From: an uncultured Rikenella sp.
GTDB taxonomy: Bacteria; Bacteroidota; Bacteroidia; Bacteroidales; Rikenellaceae
Reading direction: 5' to 3'
NCBI RefSeq assembly: GCF_947628055.1
Contig: NZ_CANQYJ010000001.1
Coordinates: 1-51,905, forward strand
Length of the DNA stretch: 51,905 nucleotides
The translations under genes were made by a program, and so were the position numbers. The notes under the pieces were generated by a model that saw only the letters and a program-made list of their open reading frames with translations, made no database searches and was not told the origin of the DNA. Of the stretch, positions 1-11,562 are shown piece after piece. Numbering within the stretch: the stretch's first letter is position 1; every line of letters starts with the position of its first letter.

Positions 1-898
1 GGAACTGGGTGAGCGCATGTCGAGCGTTTATCTGGAGCTCAAGGATCTGGCGGAAGAGTTCGAACGGCGCAAGGACGGGGTGCAGATCGACCCGCAGCGG
101 CTGTCGGTCGTGACGGGGCGGCTGGACGAGATTTACACTTTGTGCCGCAAACACAGGATCGACGAAGCGAATGCAGAAAAGGAGCTGCTCAGGCTTCAAT
201 CCGAGCTGGATGCGAAATTGCAGGGATTCGAGGCGGCGGAAACTTATATGGCGGAGCTGAAACGCCGGATCGCCGAACTCGAGGCGGAGGCGGAGGCGGA
301 GGCAGGCCGAATCTCCGAAGGACGGCGTGCGGCGGCACCGAAAATCGGGAAGCATGTCATTAAGACTTTGGCGGAATTGGGCATAAAAGGGGCTGCTTTC
401 GAGGTGCGCGTTGCTCCGGCGAGGGCTGCGGGCGGCCTGACTGCCTTGGGAGCGGATGAGGTAACGATGTGGTTCAGCGGGAATGCGGGAACGGCGGCCC
501 AGCCGATCGAGGATGTGGCTTCGGGCGGGGAAATGTCGCGTGTGATGCTGGCGATCAAGGGATTGGTGGCCAGGAGCATGCGGATGCCGACGGTCATTTT
601 CGACGAAATCGATACGGGGGTTTCGGGACGGGTGGCGGATAAAATGGGGGAGATCATTGCGGAGATGGCCGGTTCGATGCAGGTGCTCAATATCACGCAT
701 CTGCCGCAGGTGGCTTCCAAGGGGGAACATCATTACTATGTGTATAAGGAGGCTGCTGCAGAACGGAACGGGGGAGGAACGCATATCCGGGAACTGACGG
801 GGGAGGAACGGGTGGAACATATCGCGGCGATGCTGAGCGGCAGTGCGGTGACGGAGGCGGCCAGAACGCAAGCTCGGGAATTGCTCAAACGTTCATAA
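1..898 (+). CDS. recN: DNA repair protein RecN, C-terminal part (5' end outside window)
   Basis: SMC-type C-terminal motifs ASGGEMSRVMLAIK, VIFDEIDTGVSG and ITHLPQVAS; frame is open from base 2. Confidence 0.95.
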   Translation, partial: ELGERMSSVYLELKDLAEEFERRKDGVQIDPQRLSVVTGRLDEIYTLCRKHRIDEANAEKELLRLQSELDAKLQGFEAAETYMAELKRRIAELEAEAEAEAGRISEGRRAAAPKIGKHVIKTLAELGIKGAAFEVRVAPARAAGGLTALGADEVTMWFSGNAGTAAQPIEDVASGGEMSRVMLAIKGLVARSMRMPTVIFDEIDTGVSGRVADKMGEIIAEMAGSMQVLNITHLPQVASKGEHHYYVYKEAAAERNGGGTHIRELTGEERVEHIAAMLSGSAVTEAARTQARELLKRS

Positions 899-901
899 TA
901 T

Positions 902-1286
902 GTTCGTTTAATCTCTGCCTTAGTTGGAGGGAACTGCCGCTTTCTTGAAAGAAAGCGGCGCAAAGAACTTTTGAGATAGCTGCGCTACTCTTTAGGCTCC
1001 GCAGTCCTCTTGCATTGTGGTTTCTTTGGGCCGGAGCAATAGACCGCTCTTAATATTGCGATCCTTCGGATCGCCGACCTCAGCGCCCAGCGGCGAAGCC
1101 GCTCGGGGGGTGGGCGCGAGGTCGAACTGAGGTGCAATAGAGCGGTCTATTGCTCGGCCCAAAAGGATCGAAGACAAGGGTACCCGGCAGGCTCAAGAGA
1201 TGCGAAGCATCTCAAAAAGTTTTTCTGGTTCTCTTTGTTCACAAAGAGAACGGTACCCTCAAACATAAGGTAGAAATAAAACGAAC
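902..1286 (-). repeat. Modular palindromic intergenic element, copy A (MITE/REP-like, reverse orientation)
   Basis: Imperfect terminal inverted repeats GTTCGTTTAATCTCTGCCTTA / TAAGGTAGAAATAAAACGAAC; shares modules with copies at 11236, 14529, 19658, 42143 and 51630. Confidence 0.85.
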
Positions 1287-1303
1287 GAATAAATTAAGAA
1301 AGT

Positions 1304-1756
1304 ATGAAACGATATCCGATTCGCGCGGCGAAATACGCCATTTACCTGATTATTTTATTTTTCATACTATTCGCCCTGCTCCGAGCCTTCGGAAGCGCCT
1401 CGCCCATCAGTGTACTGTGGAGCACCTCGCGAGGGCTGCTGTTTTTGGGCGTAGTCATAGTATTCGCCCTGCTGTACCCCTTCTTCGGATTTACCCGCAA
1501 GCGATTGACCTTCAATGCCGCCGCCCGTTCCGAAGATGTAGAGCGCGTGATGGGCATGTGCGGATTCAAGCGCATCGACACCGAGAATCACAGCGCCGAC
1601 AACATGCTCTTTCAGGCAGCCTCCACAGCCCAAAAGATCGTGATGATGTGGGAAGACCAAATAGAGATCACCACCATAGACGGTATCTCCTACATCGAAG
1701 GGAACCGCAAAGCAGTCGTACGGGCCGCATTCCGCATGGGAACCTACATCGCATAA
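1304..1756 (+). CDS. Hypothetical membrane protein with two N-terminal TM segments
   Basis: 150-aa ATG ORF after an A-rich leader; two hydrophobic stretches; co-directional with the next gene. Confidence 0.75.
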   Translation: MKRYPIRAAKYAIYLIILFFILFALLRAFGSASPISVLWSTSRGLLFLGVVIVFALLYPFFGFTRKRLTFNAAARSEDVERVMGMCGFKRIDTENHSADNMLFQAASTAQKIVMMWEDQIEITTIDGISYIEGNRKAVVRAAFRMGTYIA

Positions 1757-1782
1757 CCCAGGAAGACAGACATCCCGATGAT

Positions 1783-3537
1783 ATGAGCGCATATCGGCAC
1801 ATACTCCTCCTCTCCCTGCCGGCAGTCGCCAGCCTCCTTATTTCGGCAGGTAGCGTTTCGGCGGCGGTTAAAAAACAGGCCGTACCGCGACCGACGGCGG
1901 ATAGCTCCGTCATCGTCTCGCAGCGGCGCGACTTAGAGATCGGGCGGTCGATGGAGACCTTTTTCAACATATTCCGCGAAGTAAACCTCTACTATGTAGA
2001 CACCACCTCTCCGGCCCGGATGGTGAAAGAAGCCGGGAGCGCCATGCTCGAGAGCCTGGACCCTTATACCGAATACCTGCCCGCCGAAGAGATGGCCGAT
2101 TTCGAGACCCTGACCACCGGAAAATATGCAGGCCTCGGCGCACTGATCCGGAAATCCTCCGACGGCCAATGGATCGAAGTCGCCGAACCATACCGAGGAA
2201 CACCGTCCGACCGGGCCGGTCTGAAAGCCGGAGACCGGATCTTATCCGTCGACGGGATCGACCTGCAAGGGCGCGAAGTAGCCTTCGCCAGCGACCGGAT
2301 GCGAGGCAAAGCAGGGACAACGGCCATTCTGGTCGTGCGGCCCGTCGCCGATACGACCGCGACAAAAACACTCCATATCAAGCGGGAACGGATTTCCGTA
2401 CCGGCAGTCCCTTATTACGGATGGGTCAAAGACACAGGGGGAATGGACTCGGTGGGCTATATCCGGCTGAACAGCTTTACGGAGAACTGCGCGGCGGAAG
2501 TCAGAGCTGCCTTGACCGCACTCCGGCACCAAAGCGGCGGGGCTTTAAAAGGATTGATTCTCGACCTGCGGGACAATACCGGAGGGATATTGGGCGAAGC
2601 GGTGAAAATCGTGGGACTGTTCGTCCCGCGGAACACCGTAGTCGTAACGACACGGGGGCGGGTGCAGGAAATGAACGGCACATACCGGACTGTGGGCGAA
2701 CCGCTCGCGCCGGAGGTACCGCTGGCCGTGCTGATCAACCACTCGTCCGCCTCGGCCAGCGAAATCGTGGCAGGGTCTTTACAGGACTTGGATCGTGCAG
2801 TCATTATAGGACAACGCAGCTTCGGAAAAGGCCTGGTGCAATCCACCCGGCCGGTGGGCGAGAACGGCTACATCAAGCTCACCACAGCGAAATACTATAC
2901 GCCCAGCGGGCGGTGCATCCAGGCCATGGACTACAGCCACAGGAATGAAGACGGCAGCGTGGGCGCAGTGCCGGACTCGCTGATCCGTTCGTACCGGACA
3001 GCCGGAGGACGCACCGTTTACGACGGCGGAGGAATTATGCCGGACATCAAAACCGATGCGGAATATTTCGGCAAGTTTACAGTCATCCTGTTGGGATCGG
3101 GCTATATCGACGACTTCGCCAACCGCTACGCGGTCGAACACGAACCCACACGTGATTTTGCGGTGGACGACAGCACCTATGCGGAATTCTGCGCATTCAT
3201 GACCGATAAGCCGATCGCTTTCGAGTCGGGAACCGAACGGCTGCTCGAACAATTGCGCAAGGTAGCCGAGCGGGAGAAATATTCGGAGCGGATCGCAGGC
3301 GAGCTGGAGGCCATAGCCGTCAAGATAAAAGACGACAAGACGGCGGAGCTGAAAGCATTTGCGCCGGAAATCCGGCAAGTGCTGGCGGATGCGGTAATGA
3401 CACGGTGGTACTACGATGCCGGGCGGTTGGAATCTATGCTTCGGCGCGACAAGACGGCGCGGCAGGCGGCAGATATATTGCTGGACAAAGGCGAATATAC
3501 GCGTATCGTCGCCACACAGGATACGGACAAAAAATAA
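1783..3537 (+). CDS. S41 family C-terminal processing protease (CtpA/Prc-like, PDZ domain)
   Basis: LDPYTEY, GLGA PDZ loop, [29 protein letters not shown] and [11 protein letters not shown]; start reassigned to ATG 1783, which begins a signal peptide. Confidence 0.92.
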   Translation: MSAYRHILLLSLPAVASLLISAGSVSAAVKKQAVPRPTADSSVIVSQRRDLEIGRSMETFFNIFREVNLYYVDTTSPARMVKEAGSAMLESLDPYTEYLPAEEMADFETLTTGKYAGLGALIRKSSDGQWIEVAEPYRGTPSDRAGLKAGDRILSVDGIDLQGREVAFASDRMRGKAGTTAILVVRPVADTTATKTLHIKRERISVPAVPYYGWVKDTGGMDSVGYIRLNSFTENCAAEVRAALTALRHQSGGALKGLILDLRDNTGGILGEAVKIVGLFVPRNTVVVTTRGRVQEMNGTYRTVGEPLAPEVPLAVLINHSSASASEIVAGSLQDLDRAVIIGQRSFGKGLVQSTRPVGENGYIKLTTAKYYTPSGRCIQAMDYSHRNEDGSVGAVPDSLIRSYRTAGGRTVYDGGGIMPDIKTDAEYFGKFTVILLGSGYIDDFANRYAVEHEPTRDFAVDDSTYAEFCAFMTDKPIAFESGTERLLEQLRKVAEREKYSERIAGELEAIAVKIKDDKTAELKAFAPEIRQVLADAVMTRWYYDAGRLESMLRRDKTARQAADILLDKGEYTRIVATQDTDKK

Positions 3538-3551
3538 CAACGAAATACGAA

Positions 3552-6308
3552 ATGGAATACGATTTCAAAGAAATCGAACGCAAATGGCAGCAGCGGTGGG
3601 CAGAGGCAGGCACCTACCATGTGGAGATCGATGCTTCACGGCCGAAATACTACGTGCTGGACATGTTCCCCTATCCGTCGGGGGCGGGGCTGCACGTGGG
3701 GCATCCGTTAGGATACATCGCCTCCGATATTTACAGCCGGTACAAGCGGCAGAAAGGATTCAACGTCCTGCATCCGATGGGGTACGACGCATTCGGGCTG
3801 CCGGCGGAACAATATGCGATACAGACCGGGCAGCATCCGGCGGTGACGACGGAACAGAACATCAAGCGGTACCGCGAGCAGTTGGACAAAATCGGGTTCA
3901 GCTTCGACTGGGATCGCGAAGTGCGGACATGCGACCCGGGATACTACCGGTGGACGCAGTGGGCATTTGAACAGATGTACGGCCATTATTACGACACCGC
4001 GGCAGACCGGGCGAAGCCGATTGCAGAGCTCGAGGCACACTTCGCACAACGCGGAACCGAGGGGCTTCATGCGGCTTGCGGCAAGGAACTCCACTTCACC
4101 GCAGCAGAGTGGGCAGCCTATTCCGACAAAGAGCGAGCCGACGTGTTGATGAACTACCGGTTGGCATTTCAGGCCGATACGATGGTGAACTGGTGCGAAG
4201 GGTTGGGAACCGTGCTGGCGAACGATGAAGTGAAAGACGGGCTGTCGGTGCGGGGAGGTTTTCCGGTGGAGCAGAAACGGATGCGGCAGTGGCTCTTGCG
4301 GGTGACCGCTTATGCAGAGCGGTTGCTGCAGGGGCTGGACGGTTTGGCGTGGAGCGAGTCGCTCAAGGAGATTCAGCGGAACTGGATCGGGAAATCCACC
4401 GGAGCGACGATGTTTTTCCCGATCAAAGGCTTTGCTGCGGCGGGCGAGGGAGCCAAACTGCTGGAAATTTTCACCACCCGGGCAGATACGGTGTTCGGCG
4501 TGACGTTTATGGTTCTGGCGCCGGAGCATCCGTTGATCGGAGAGATCACCGCCCCTGCACAGCGGGAAGCGGTGGAGGCGTACTTGGCTGAGACCAAGAA
4601 ACGCAGCGAACGGGAGCGGATGGCGGACACGAAACGGGTGAGCGGGGTATTTACGGGGGCATATGCGATCAATCCGTTCAACGGAGTCGAGATACCGATC
4701 TGGGTAAGCGACTATGTGCTGGCGGGATACGGGACGGGGGCGATCATGGCAGTGCCGGCGCACGACAGTCGGGACTGGGCGTTCGCACGGCATTTCGACC
4801 TGCCGATCGTGCCGATCATCGAATGCGATGTCTCGGAAGGCTCTTATGATGCGAAGGAAGGACGGCTGATCAACTCCGACTTCTTGACCGGACTCGATGT
4901 CAAGGAGGCGATACCGGCCATGTTCGCCGAGATCGAGCGGCGCGGGATCGGACATAAAAAGGTAAATTACCGGCTGCGGGACGCCATTTTCAGCCGGCAG
5001 CGGTACTGGGGCGAACCGTTCCCGGTTTCGTACACGGCGGACGGCATTCCGGTATTGCTGCCGGAATCGGAACTGCCGCTCCTTTTGCCGGAAGTGCAGG
5101 ACTTCACGCCGACCGCCGACGGGCGGCCGCCGCTGGCCCGGGTCGACGGGTGGGGATACGAGACCAGTACGATGCCGGGGTTTGCGGGGTCATCCGCTTA
5201 TTACCTGCGGTATATGGATCCGAAGAACGACACGGCATTGGTTTCCAAAACGGCGAACGACTACTGGCGGAACGTGGACTTGTACGTGGGCGGGATCGAA
5301 CACGCCACGGGACACCTGATCTACTCCCGGTTCTGGAACAAGTTCCTGTACGACTTAGGATATGTGTGCGAAGACGAACCATTCCAGAAACTGGTCAACC
5401 AGGGGATGATCCAGGGGCGGTCGAACTTCGTCTACCGGATCAAGGGGACGAACCGCTTCGTCAGCTTCAACCTCAAGGATCAATACGATACCCAGGAGAT
5501 TCACGTGGATGTCAATATCGTGAAGAACGACGTGCTCGATCTCGACGCATTCCGGGCATGGCGGCCGGAATTCAAAGACGCCGAATTCATTCTTGAACCG
5601 GACGGACGGTATGTGTGCGGCTGGGCCGTCGAAAAGATGAGCAAATCGATGTACAACGTGGTCAATCCGGATTTCATTGTGGATAATTATGGGGCGGACA
5701 CGCTGCGGATGTACGAGATGTTCCTCGGGCCGATAGAACAGTCGAAGCCGTGGGACACCAACGGGATCGACGGCGTGCATAAGTTCCTGAAACGGCTGTG
5801 GCGGCTCGTGGAAAATGTCGGCGATACGCCCGCGACGGACGCGGAACTCAAAGTATTGCACAAAACCATTAAAAAGGTTTCGGACGACATCGAGAACTTC
5901 TCGTTCAACACGGCGGTCAGTGCGTTTATGATCTGCCTCAACGAACTGTACGACAGCAAGACCACGGCGCGGCTCGTACTCGAACCGTTAGTGGCCTTGG
6001 TGGCCCCCTTCGCGCCGCACATAGCCGAAGAGCTGTGGCACGGGGCGCTGGGGCACCCTGAGACGGAATCGGTGTGCGACGCGCCGTATCCGGTCTGTGA
6101 CGAACGGTACCTGACCGAATCCTCGTTCGAGTACCCGGTATCGTTCAACGGCAAGACCCGCTTCAAACGGACATTCGACCTCTCCATGACACCGTCGCAG
6201 ATTACCGAAGCGATCGCTGCGGACGAGCAGACCGCCAAATACACCGACGGACGGGCGATCAAGAAAGTCATCGTAGTGCCGGGCAAGATTATCAACATCG
6301 TGTGCTGA
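3552..6308 (+). CDS. leuS: Leucine--tRNA ligase
   Basis: [14 protein letters not shown] (HIGH motif) and KMSKS; start at MEYDFKEIE. Confidence 0.98.
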   Translation: MEYDFKEIERKWQQRWAEAGTYHVEIDASRPKYYVLDMFPYPSGAGLHVGHPLGYIASDIYSRYKRQKGFNVLHPMGYDAFGLPAEQYAIQTGQHPAVTTEQNIKRYREQLDKIGFSFDWDREVRTCDPGYYRWTQWAFEQMYGHYYDTAADRAKPIAELEAHFAQRGTEGLHAACGKELHFTAAEWAAYSDKERADVLMNYRLAFQADTMVNWCEGLGTVLANDEVKDGLSVRGGFPVEQKRMRQWLLRVTAYAERLLQGLDGLAWSESLKEIQRNWIGKSTGATMFFPIKGFAAAGEGAKLLEIFTTRADTVFGVTFMVLAPEHPLIGEITAPAQREAVEAYLAETKKRSERERMADTKRVSGVFTGAYAINPFNGVEIPIWVSDYVLAGYGTGAIMAVPAHDSRDWAFARHFDLPIVPIIECDVSEGSYDAKEGRLINSDFLTGLDVKEAIPAMFAEIERRGIGHKKVNYRLRDAIFSRQRYWGEPFPVSYTADGIPVLLPESELPLLLPEVQDFTPTADGRPPLARVDGWGYETSTMPGFAGSSAYYLRYMDPKNDTALVSKTANDYWRNVDLYVGGIEHATGHLIYSRFWNKFLYDLGYVCEDEPFQKLVNQGMIQGRSNFVYRIKGTNRFVSFNLKDQYDTQEIHVDVNIVKNDVLDLDAFRAWRPEFKDAEFILEPDGRYVCGWAVEKMSKSMYNVVNPDFIVDNYGADTLRMYEMFLGPIEQSKPWDTNGIDGVHKFLKRLWRLVENVGDTPATDAELKVLHKTIKKVSDDIENFSFNTAVSAFMICLNELYDSKTTARLVLEPLVALVAPFAPHIAEELWHGALGHPETESVCDAPYPVCDERYLTESSFEYPVSFNGKTRFKRTFDLSMTPSQITEAIAADEQTAKYTDGRAIKKVIVVPGKIINIVC

Positions 6309-6345
6309 TCCGCACCCTCGAAACCATTTAGGAAAGAAATACCGA

Positions 6346-7263
6346 ATGAAAACGCTACCCAAACCCCGGATCGATCTGCGAGACCTCCGTCGGGAAATAC
6401 GCGCCTATATCATCATCTCCATCGGACTGCTGATGTACTCGTTCGCATGGACCGCCCTGCTGATCCCGGCCAAGATGGTCGGCGGCGGGACGGGCGGCAT
6501 CGGAACCATTGTCTACTACGCTACCAGCAACGCCGCGGGGCAGGGAGGGATTCCGGTCGGGGTCACCTACCTGGTGGCCAACATCATCCTGCTGATTTTC
6601 GGCTTCTGGATACTGGGGCCGAGGTTCGGAGCGAAGACCATCTACGCCATCGCCTTCACCTCCGTGATGCTGACCCTCATGCAGGAGACCGTTCCCCCGG
6701 GATTGATGGGGCTGGCGAACGACAAACTGCTGTCGGCCATCCTCGGCGGCGGGCTGGCAGGGGTGGGGATCGGCATGTGCTTCTCGGTCGGCGGATCGTC
6801 GGGCGGGACGGACATTCTGGCCATGATCATCAACAAATACCGGAACGTCAGTCTCGGCAAACTCATCATGCTGATGGACGTGGTCATCATCGGCTGCTCG
6901 TACTTCGTGCTGCACGACCTGGCGAGCGTCGTCTACGGCTACGTGATTCTGTTCACGATGGGGAACGCCATCGACATGTTCCTCTCCGGCAGCAAATCGT
7001 CATCGCAGATCATGGTCTTCTCGTCGAAATACGAAGAGATCGCCGAACGCATCATCCATGAAGTACACCGCGGCGCGACCATCCTCGACGCCACGGGCTG
7101 GTACTCCAAGGCCCCGCAGAAAGTAGTGCTCGTGGTTTGCCGGCGGGGCGAAGCGTCGGGAATTTACCGGATCATCAAAGAAACCGACCCGAAAGCATTC
7201 ATCACGCAAGCCAGTGTGATGGGCGTATTCGGCGAAGGATTCGACGCACTGAAAACGAAATAG
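6346..7263 (+). CDS. YitT family membrane protein
   Basis: Multiple TM helices, GGSSGGTDILA, RGAT and DPKAFIT...GEGF motifs. Confidence 0.88.
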   Translation: MKTLPKPRIDLRDLRREIRAYIIISIGLLMYSFAWTALLIPAKMVGGGTGGIGTIVYYATSNAAGQGGIPVGVTYLVANIILLIFGFWILGPRFGAKTIYAIAFTSVMLTLMQETVPPGLMGLANDKLLSAILGGGLAGVGIGMCFSVGGSSGGTDILAMIINKYRNVSLGKLIMLMDVVIIGCSYFVLHDLASVVYGYVILFTMGNAIDMFLSGSKSSSQIMVFSSKYEEIAERIIHEVHRGATILDATGWYSKAPQKVVLVVCRRGEASGIYRIIKETDPKAFITQASVMGVFGEGFDALKTK

Positions 7264-7274
7264 GACTTCCCTCT

Positions 7275-8621
7275 ATGGCACACGACACCCCGAACACCCC
7301 GACCTTTTCCCGGATATTCAGGCGGATCGCGCAGCGGCATCCGTTGGTATGGATTTTTCTCGGTCTGCTGCTCGTGATCCTCGTGCTGGGGATCCTGATC
7401 TGCGTCAAGCGATGCTCGCACTCGCTGTCGGCAAGCAGTTACGCGACCCCAGAACTGGCGCCGTTGGAAGCCTGCTCGCGGCTCGACTCCATCGTCCTCA
7501 GATCGCAGAGCAAAGTTTACGGGCTGCCCGTGGACAAATATGAAATCGAACGCGGCGAAATCGAGAGCGGCGAGACCTTCTCGCGATTGCTCAACCAGCG
7601 GTACGACGTCAACATCAAGATCGTCAACCGGCTGATCGCCCTGTCGAAAGGCAAGTTCGAACTGCGGGACATCCGGGCGGGACACACCTACACGGCATTT
7701 CTGACCCCGGACAGTACGCAGGCCCTCTGCTACTTGGTCTACGAGCGGAACCAGAAGGACTACGTGACGTTCGCCTTGTGCGACAGCGTGTACGTGCGAG
7801 TGGACAAGAAAGAAGTCGCCAGCGAAGAACGCTATGTCGAAGGGGTGATCAACAGCTCCCTGTCCGCAACGATTTACGAACATAAGCTGCCGGTCGATCT
7901 GGCTCAACGTATGGCCCAAATATACCAGTCGGTGATCGACTTCTTCGCCTTGCAGAAAGGAGACAAATTCCGGGTGCTCTACGAAGAGGAATACATCGAC
8001 ACCACTTGTATCGGAGTGGGGAATATCTACGGCGTGGAGTTCATCCATGCGGGGAAGAGCTACTGGGCTTACCGCTTCCAGCAAGACAACGAGTGGGGAT
8101 ACTGGGACGACAAGGGGGTCAATCTGAAACAGGCGATGTTGAAAGCGCCGTTGAGCTTCAGCGCCCGCATTACCTCCCGGTTCGGGAAGCGGATCCATCC
8201 GATCAAGCGGATCCGGCGGCAGCATAACGGAGTGGATTATGCCTGTCCGGTGGGGACGCCGGTGCATGCGGTGGCCAGCGGGGTGGTGACCAAACGGGGA
8301 TGGGATCCGTTCGGCGGGGGGAACCGGATTTGGATCAAGCATGCGCAGGGATACGAGTCGGCATACCTGCATCTGAGCCGTTTTGCAGTGAAGCAGGGGC
8401 AGCGGGTGTCCCAGGGACAGGTGATCGCCTATTCAGGGAATACGGGCGGCTCGACAGGGCCGCACCTCGACTATCGGCTCAAGAAAAACGGAAAATACAT
8501 CAATCCGCTGACCAATACTTCGCAGCCGAGCACCCCGATCAAGGCGGGCAACAAGGCGGCTTTCGAGCAAGTGAAGACAGATGTGCGGAAAGTCATGGAA
8601 TCTTATGCTTCGGACCGCTGA
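7275..8621 (+). CDS. M23 family peptidoglycan DD-endopeptidase (MepM-like)
   Basis: N-terminal TM anchor, HNGVDYA, YLHLS and STGPHLDY motifs; start at ATG 7275. Confidence 0.9.
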   Translation: MAHDTPNTPTFSRIFRRIAQRHPLVWIFLGLLLVILVLGILICVKRCSHSLSASSYATPELAPLEACSRLDSIVLRSQSKVYGLPVDKYEIERGEIESGETFSRLLNQRYDVNIKIVNRLIALSKGKFELRDIRAGHTYTAFLTPDSTQALCYLVYERNQKDYVTFALCDSVYVRVDKKEVASEERYVEGVINSSLSATIYEHKLPVDLAQRMAQIYQSVIDFFALQKGDKFRVLYEEEYIDTTCIGVGNIYGVEFIHAGKSYWAYRFQQDNEWGYWDDKGVNLKQAMLKAPLSFSARITSRFGKRIHPIKRIRRQHNGVDYACPVGTPVHAVASGVVTKRGWDPFGGGNRIWIKHAQGYESAYLHLSRFAVKQGQRVSQGQVIAYSGNTGGSTGPHLDYRLKKNGKYINPLTNTSQPSTPIKAGNKAAFEQVKTDVRKVMESYASDR

Positions 8622-9135
8622 CACCCCTGTTTTGCCGGTCGATCCGCGCATCCTGCGCTTTATCGGACGCCACCGGGTGCTGACCTTGGCGGCAGCTGAT
8701 AGGGCGGGCGGCGGATTGTGGTGCTGCAATTTGTTTTACGCCTATATGCCGGCTTCGGCCGATTTCCCGGATTATGCAGGGGGTATGTTTGTATTCACCT
8801 CCCCGGAGACCACCCGCCATGCGGCGATGTTCACGGACAATCCGAATGCGGCAGGGTCTGTGGTATTGGAATCGAAAACGGTGGGGCGGTTGCAGGGATT
8901 GCAGTTTCAGGGAATCGTGCGGCGGGCGGACATCTCTTCGGCGATGCTGGCGGCGGCGAGACAAGCCTATTTGAAACGGTTCCCGTTCGCTGCGGTGATG
9001 CTGAGCGACCTTTGGGTGATAGAGGTCACCCGGTTCAAATACACGGACAACACCTTAGGGTTCGGGACCAAACTCCACTGGCCTTCGGCAAACAGCGCCG
9101 CAGCCGCGGCCGACCGGGAGCCTACCCGGGCATAG
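8605..9135 (+). CDS. Pyridoxamine 5'-phosphate oxidase-like (YhbP-type) protein
   Basis: HRVLTLA, WCCNLFY, TRH, GLQFQG, YLKRFP and KYTDNTLGFGTKL pattern. Confidence 0.8.
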   Translation: MLRTADTPVLPVDPRILRFIGRHRVLTLAAADRAGGGLWCCNLFYAYMPASADFPDYAGGMFVFTSPETTRHAAMFTDNPNAAGSVVLESKTVGRLQGLQFQGIVRRADISSAMLAAARQAYLKRFPFAAVMLSDLWVIEVTRFKYTDNTLGFGTKLHWPSANSAAAAADREPTRA

Positions 9136-9178
9136 GGCTGCGCATAATAGCGAACCACCTTTTTTACGTTAATAAGAT

Positions 9179-11230
9179 ATGAAACAGCTCACCGGCCTTG
9201 CAGCCATTTTAGCTATGACGACACTCATGACCACCGGTTGCGGCGGCGACCGGAACACGACAGACACCGCTGCCGACAACTTCCAGTGGCAGATCGACCG
9301 CTTCGACGACATCAACGTATTGCGGTACCAGGTGCCCGACTTCGACAGTCTGACCTTGCGGCAGAAACAGTTTATCTATTACCTGAGCCAGGCAGCGATT
9401 TGCGGGCGAGATATTCTGTACGACCAGAACTGCAAGTACAACCTACCCGTGCGCAGGACACTGGAAGCGATCTATACCGGGGCCGACGGTGTGGACAAAA
9501 CCGCCGGCGAGTGGAAAGCATTCGAGAAATACCTCAAAAAAGTCTGGTTTGCGAACGGAGTGCACCACCATTATTCCGGAGATAAATTCAAACCGGAATT
9601 CAACGAATCCTATTTCGACACCTTGCTGGCAGCGACCCCTGCCGAACGCTTGGGCGATATACAGGGGTCGCTGTTGGATACGGTAAAGCTCGTGATCTTC
9701 GACCCGACTCTTTATCCGAAGCGCGTGGATCAGACCGCCGGGGTCGATATGGTGGCCGCATCGGCCTGCAACTACTACGACGGAGTGACGCAGAGCGAAG
9801 CGGAAGCGTTCTATACGGCATTGACCGATACGACGGATAAACAGCCTGTTTCATACGGGCTGAACAGCCAGCTTTCCAAAGGCAAGGACGGGAAAGTCGT
9901 CGAACGGGTGTGGTCGGCAAACGGGATGTACGGCCCGGCCATCCGCGAGATCGTCAAATGGCTGGAGCTGGCCGCGGCGGTGGCCGATACGCCGGAGCAG
10001 GAGGCGTACACCAAAACGCTCATCGAATACTATAAGACCGGCGACCTCAGGCTGTTCGACGAATACAATGTCGCGTGGGTGCAGGACACGAAATCGACGG
10101 TGGACTACGTGAACGGCTTCATCGAAAACTACGGCGACCCGCTGGGGTATAAGGCATCGTGGGAGTCGACCGTGAATTTCAAGGATTTCGAGGCTACGAA
10201 AACCACCCGGATTATCAGCGACAACGCCCAGTGGTTTGAAGACCACTCGCCGATCGACCCGCAGTACCGCAAACCGCACGTCAAGGGAGTTTCGGCCAAA
10301 GTGATTACGGTGGCGATGCTGGGCGGCGACTGCTATCCTTCGACGCCGATCGGGATCAACCTGCCGAATGCGGACTGGATCCGGCGGGATCATGGGTCGA
10401 AGTCGGTGACGATCGCCAACATCACGGCGGCTTACGATGCGGCAGCGGCGGGGAACGGTTTTGCCGAAGAGTTCATCCTGCGGCCGGAAGACCGCGAGTT
10501 GCGGGCCCGCTGGGGAACGGTGGGGAATAACTTGCACACCGACCTGCACGAATGTCTGGGACACGCATCGGGACAATTGGCCGAGGGCGTGCGCGGCGAT
10601 GAATTGAAGAATTACGGTTCGACGCTCGAGGAGGCGCGGGCGGACTTGTTTGCGCTTTACTACATGAACGATCCGAAACTGGTGGAACTGGGGGTGATCC
10701 CGACGCTGGACGTGGCTAAGACGGAGTATAACAATTACATGATGAACGGTCTGATGACTCAGCTCACGCGCATCGAACCGGGCAAGAATATCGAGGAGGC
10801 GCACATGCGAAACCGGGCGCTTATCGCAAACTGGGTCTATGAGCGGGGCAAGGAGGATAAGGTGGTCGAATTTGTCACGGAGAATGGGAAAACATTTGTC
10901 ATGGTCAATGATTACGAGAAGCTGCGCGGGCTGTTCGGTGAGCTGTTGAAGGAGATTCAACGCATCAAATCCGAGGGGGATTTCAAGGCGGGAATGGAGC
11001 TGGTGGAAAATTACGGGGTGAAGGTCGATCCGAAGCTGCATGGCGAGGTATTAGAGCGGTATGCGGCACTGAATATCGCGCCTTATTCGGGTTTCGTGAA
11101 TCCGCGCTATATACCGGTATCCGATGACAAGGGAGCGATTTCGGATGTGAAAATCGAATACCCGATGGATTATGTAGAACAAATGCTGACTTATTCGTCG
11201 GACTATTCGTTCCTCCCAAACCGTAACTAA
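9179..11230 (+). CDS. Dipeptidyl peptidase III (M49 family), probable lipoprotein
   Basis: HECLGH zinc motif, EEARAD, GINLPN; lipobox-like TTGC after the signal peptide. Confidence 0.93.
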   Translation: MKQLTGLAAILAMTTLMTTGCGGDRNTTDTAADNFQWQIDRFDDINVLRYQVPDFDSLTLRQKQFIYYLSQAAICGRDILYDQNCKYNLPVRRTLEAIYTGADGVDKTAGEWKAFEKYLKKVWFANGVHHHYSGDKFKPEFNESYFDTLLAATPAERLGDIQGSLLDTVKLVIFDPTLYPKRVDQTAGVDMVAASACNYYDGVTQSEAEAFYTALTDTTDKQPVSYGLNSQLSKGKDGKVVERVWSANGMYGPAIREIVKWLELAAAVADTPEQEAYTKTLIEYYKTGDLRLFDEYNVAWVQDTKSTVDYVNGFIENYGDPLGYKASWESTVNFKDFEATKTTRIISDNAQWFEDHSPIDPQYRKPHVKGVSAKVITVAMLGGDCYPSTPIGINLPNADWIRRDHGSKSVTIANITAAYDAAAAGNGFAEEFILRPEDRELRARWGTVGNNLHTDLHECLGHASGQLAEGVRGDELKNYGSTLEEARADLFALYYMNDPKLVELGVIPTLDVAKTEYNNYMMNGLMTQLTRIEPGKNIEEAHMRNRALIANWVYERGKEDKVVEFVTENGKTFVMVNDYEKLRGLFGELLKEIQRIKSEGDFKAGMELVENYGVKVDPKLHGEVLERYAALNIAPYSGFVNPRYIPVSDDKGAISDVKIEYPMDYVEQMLTYSSDYSFLPNRN

Positions 11231-11235
11231 TTTAT

Positions 11236-11547
11236 CGTTCGATTATTCAATACCCTATGTTTGAGGGTACTGTTCTCTTTGTGAACAAAGAGAACCAGAA
11301 AAACTTTTTGAGATGCTTCGCATCTCTTGAGCCTGCCGGGTACCCTTGGCTTTGATTCTGTTGGGGTGTGAGCAATAGCGGGTTATCGAGTGATTACCTT
11401 ATACCCGCTATTGCCACACCCCAAAGAAAACGCAATGCAAGAGGATTGCGGAGCCTAAGGAGTAGCGCAGCTATCGGAAAGTTTCTTTGGTTCTTTCTTT
11501 TCAAAGAAAGAACAGTCACTCACAATAAGGTACAGAATAAACGAACG
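11236..11547 (+). repeat. Modular palindromic intergenic element, copy B
   Basis: Ends CGTTCGATTATTCAATACCCTA / TAAGGTACAGAATAAACGAACG; near-identical to copy F apart from loops. Confidence 0.88.
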
Positions 11548-11562
11548 GTTAAGTAAGAATTT

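Noticed and set aside
1150-1782. N-terminal extension of the 795-aa ORF
   Set aside because: It starts inside repeat copy A and overlaps the 1304-1756 gene; the S41 signal peptide begins at 1783.
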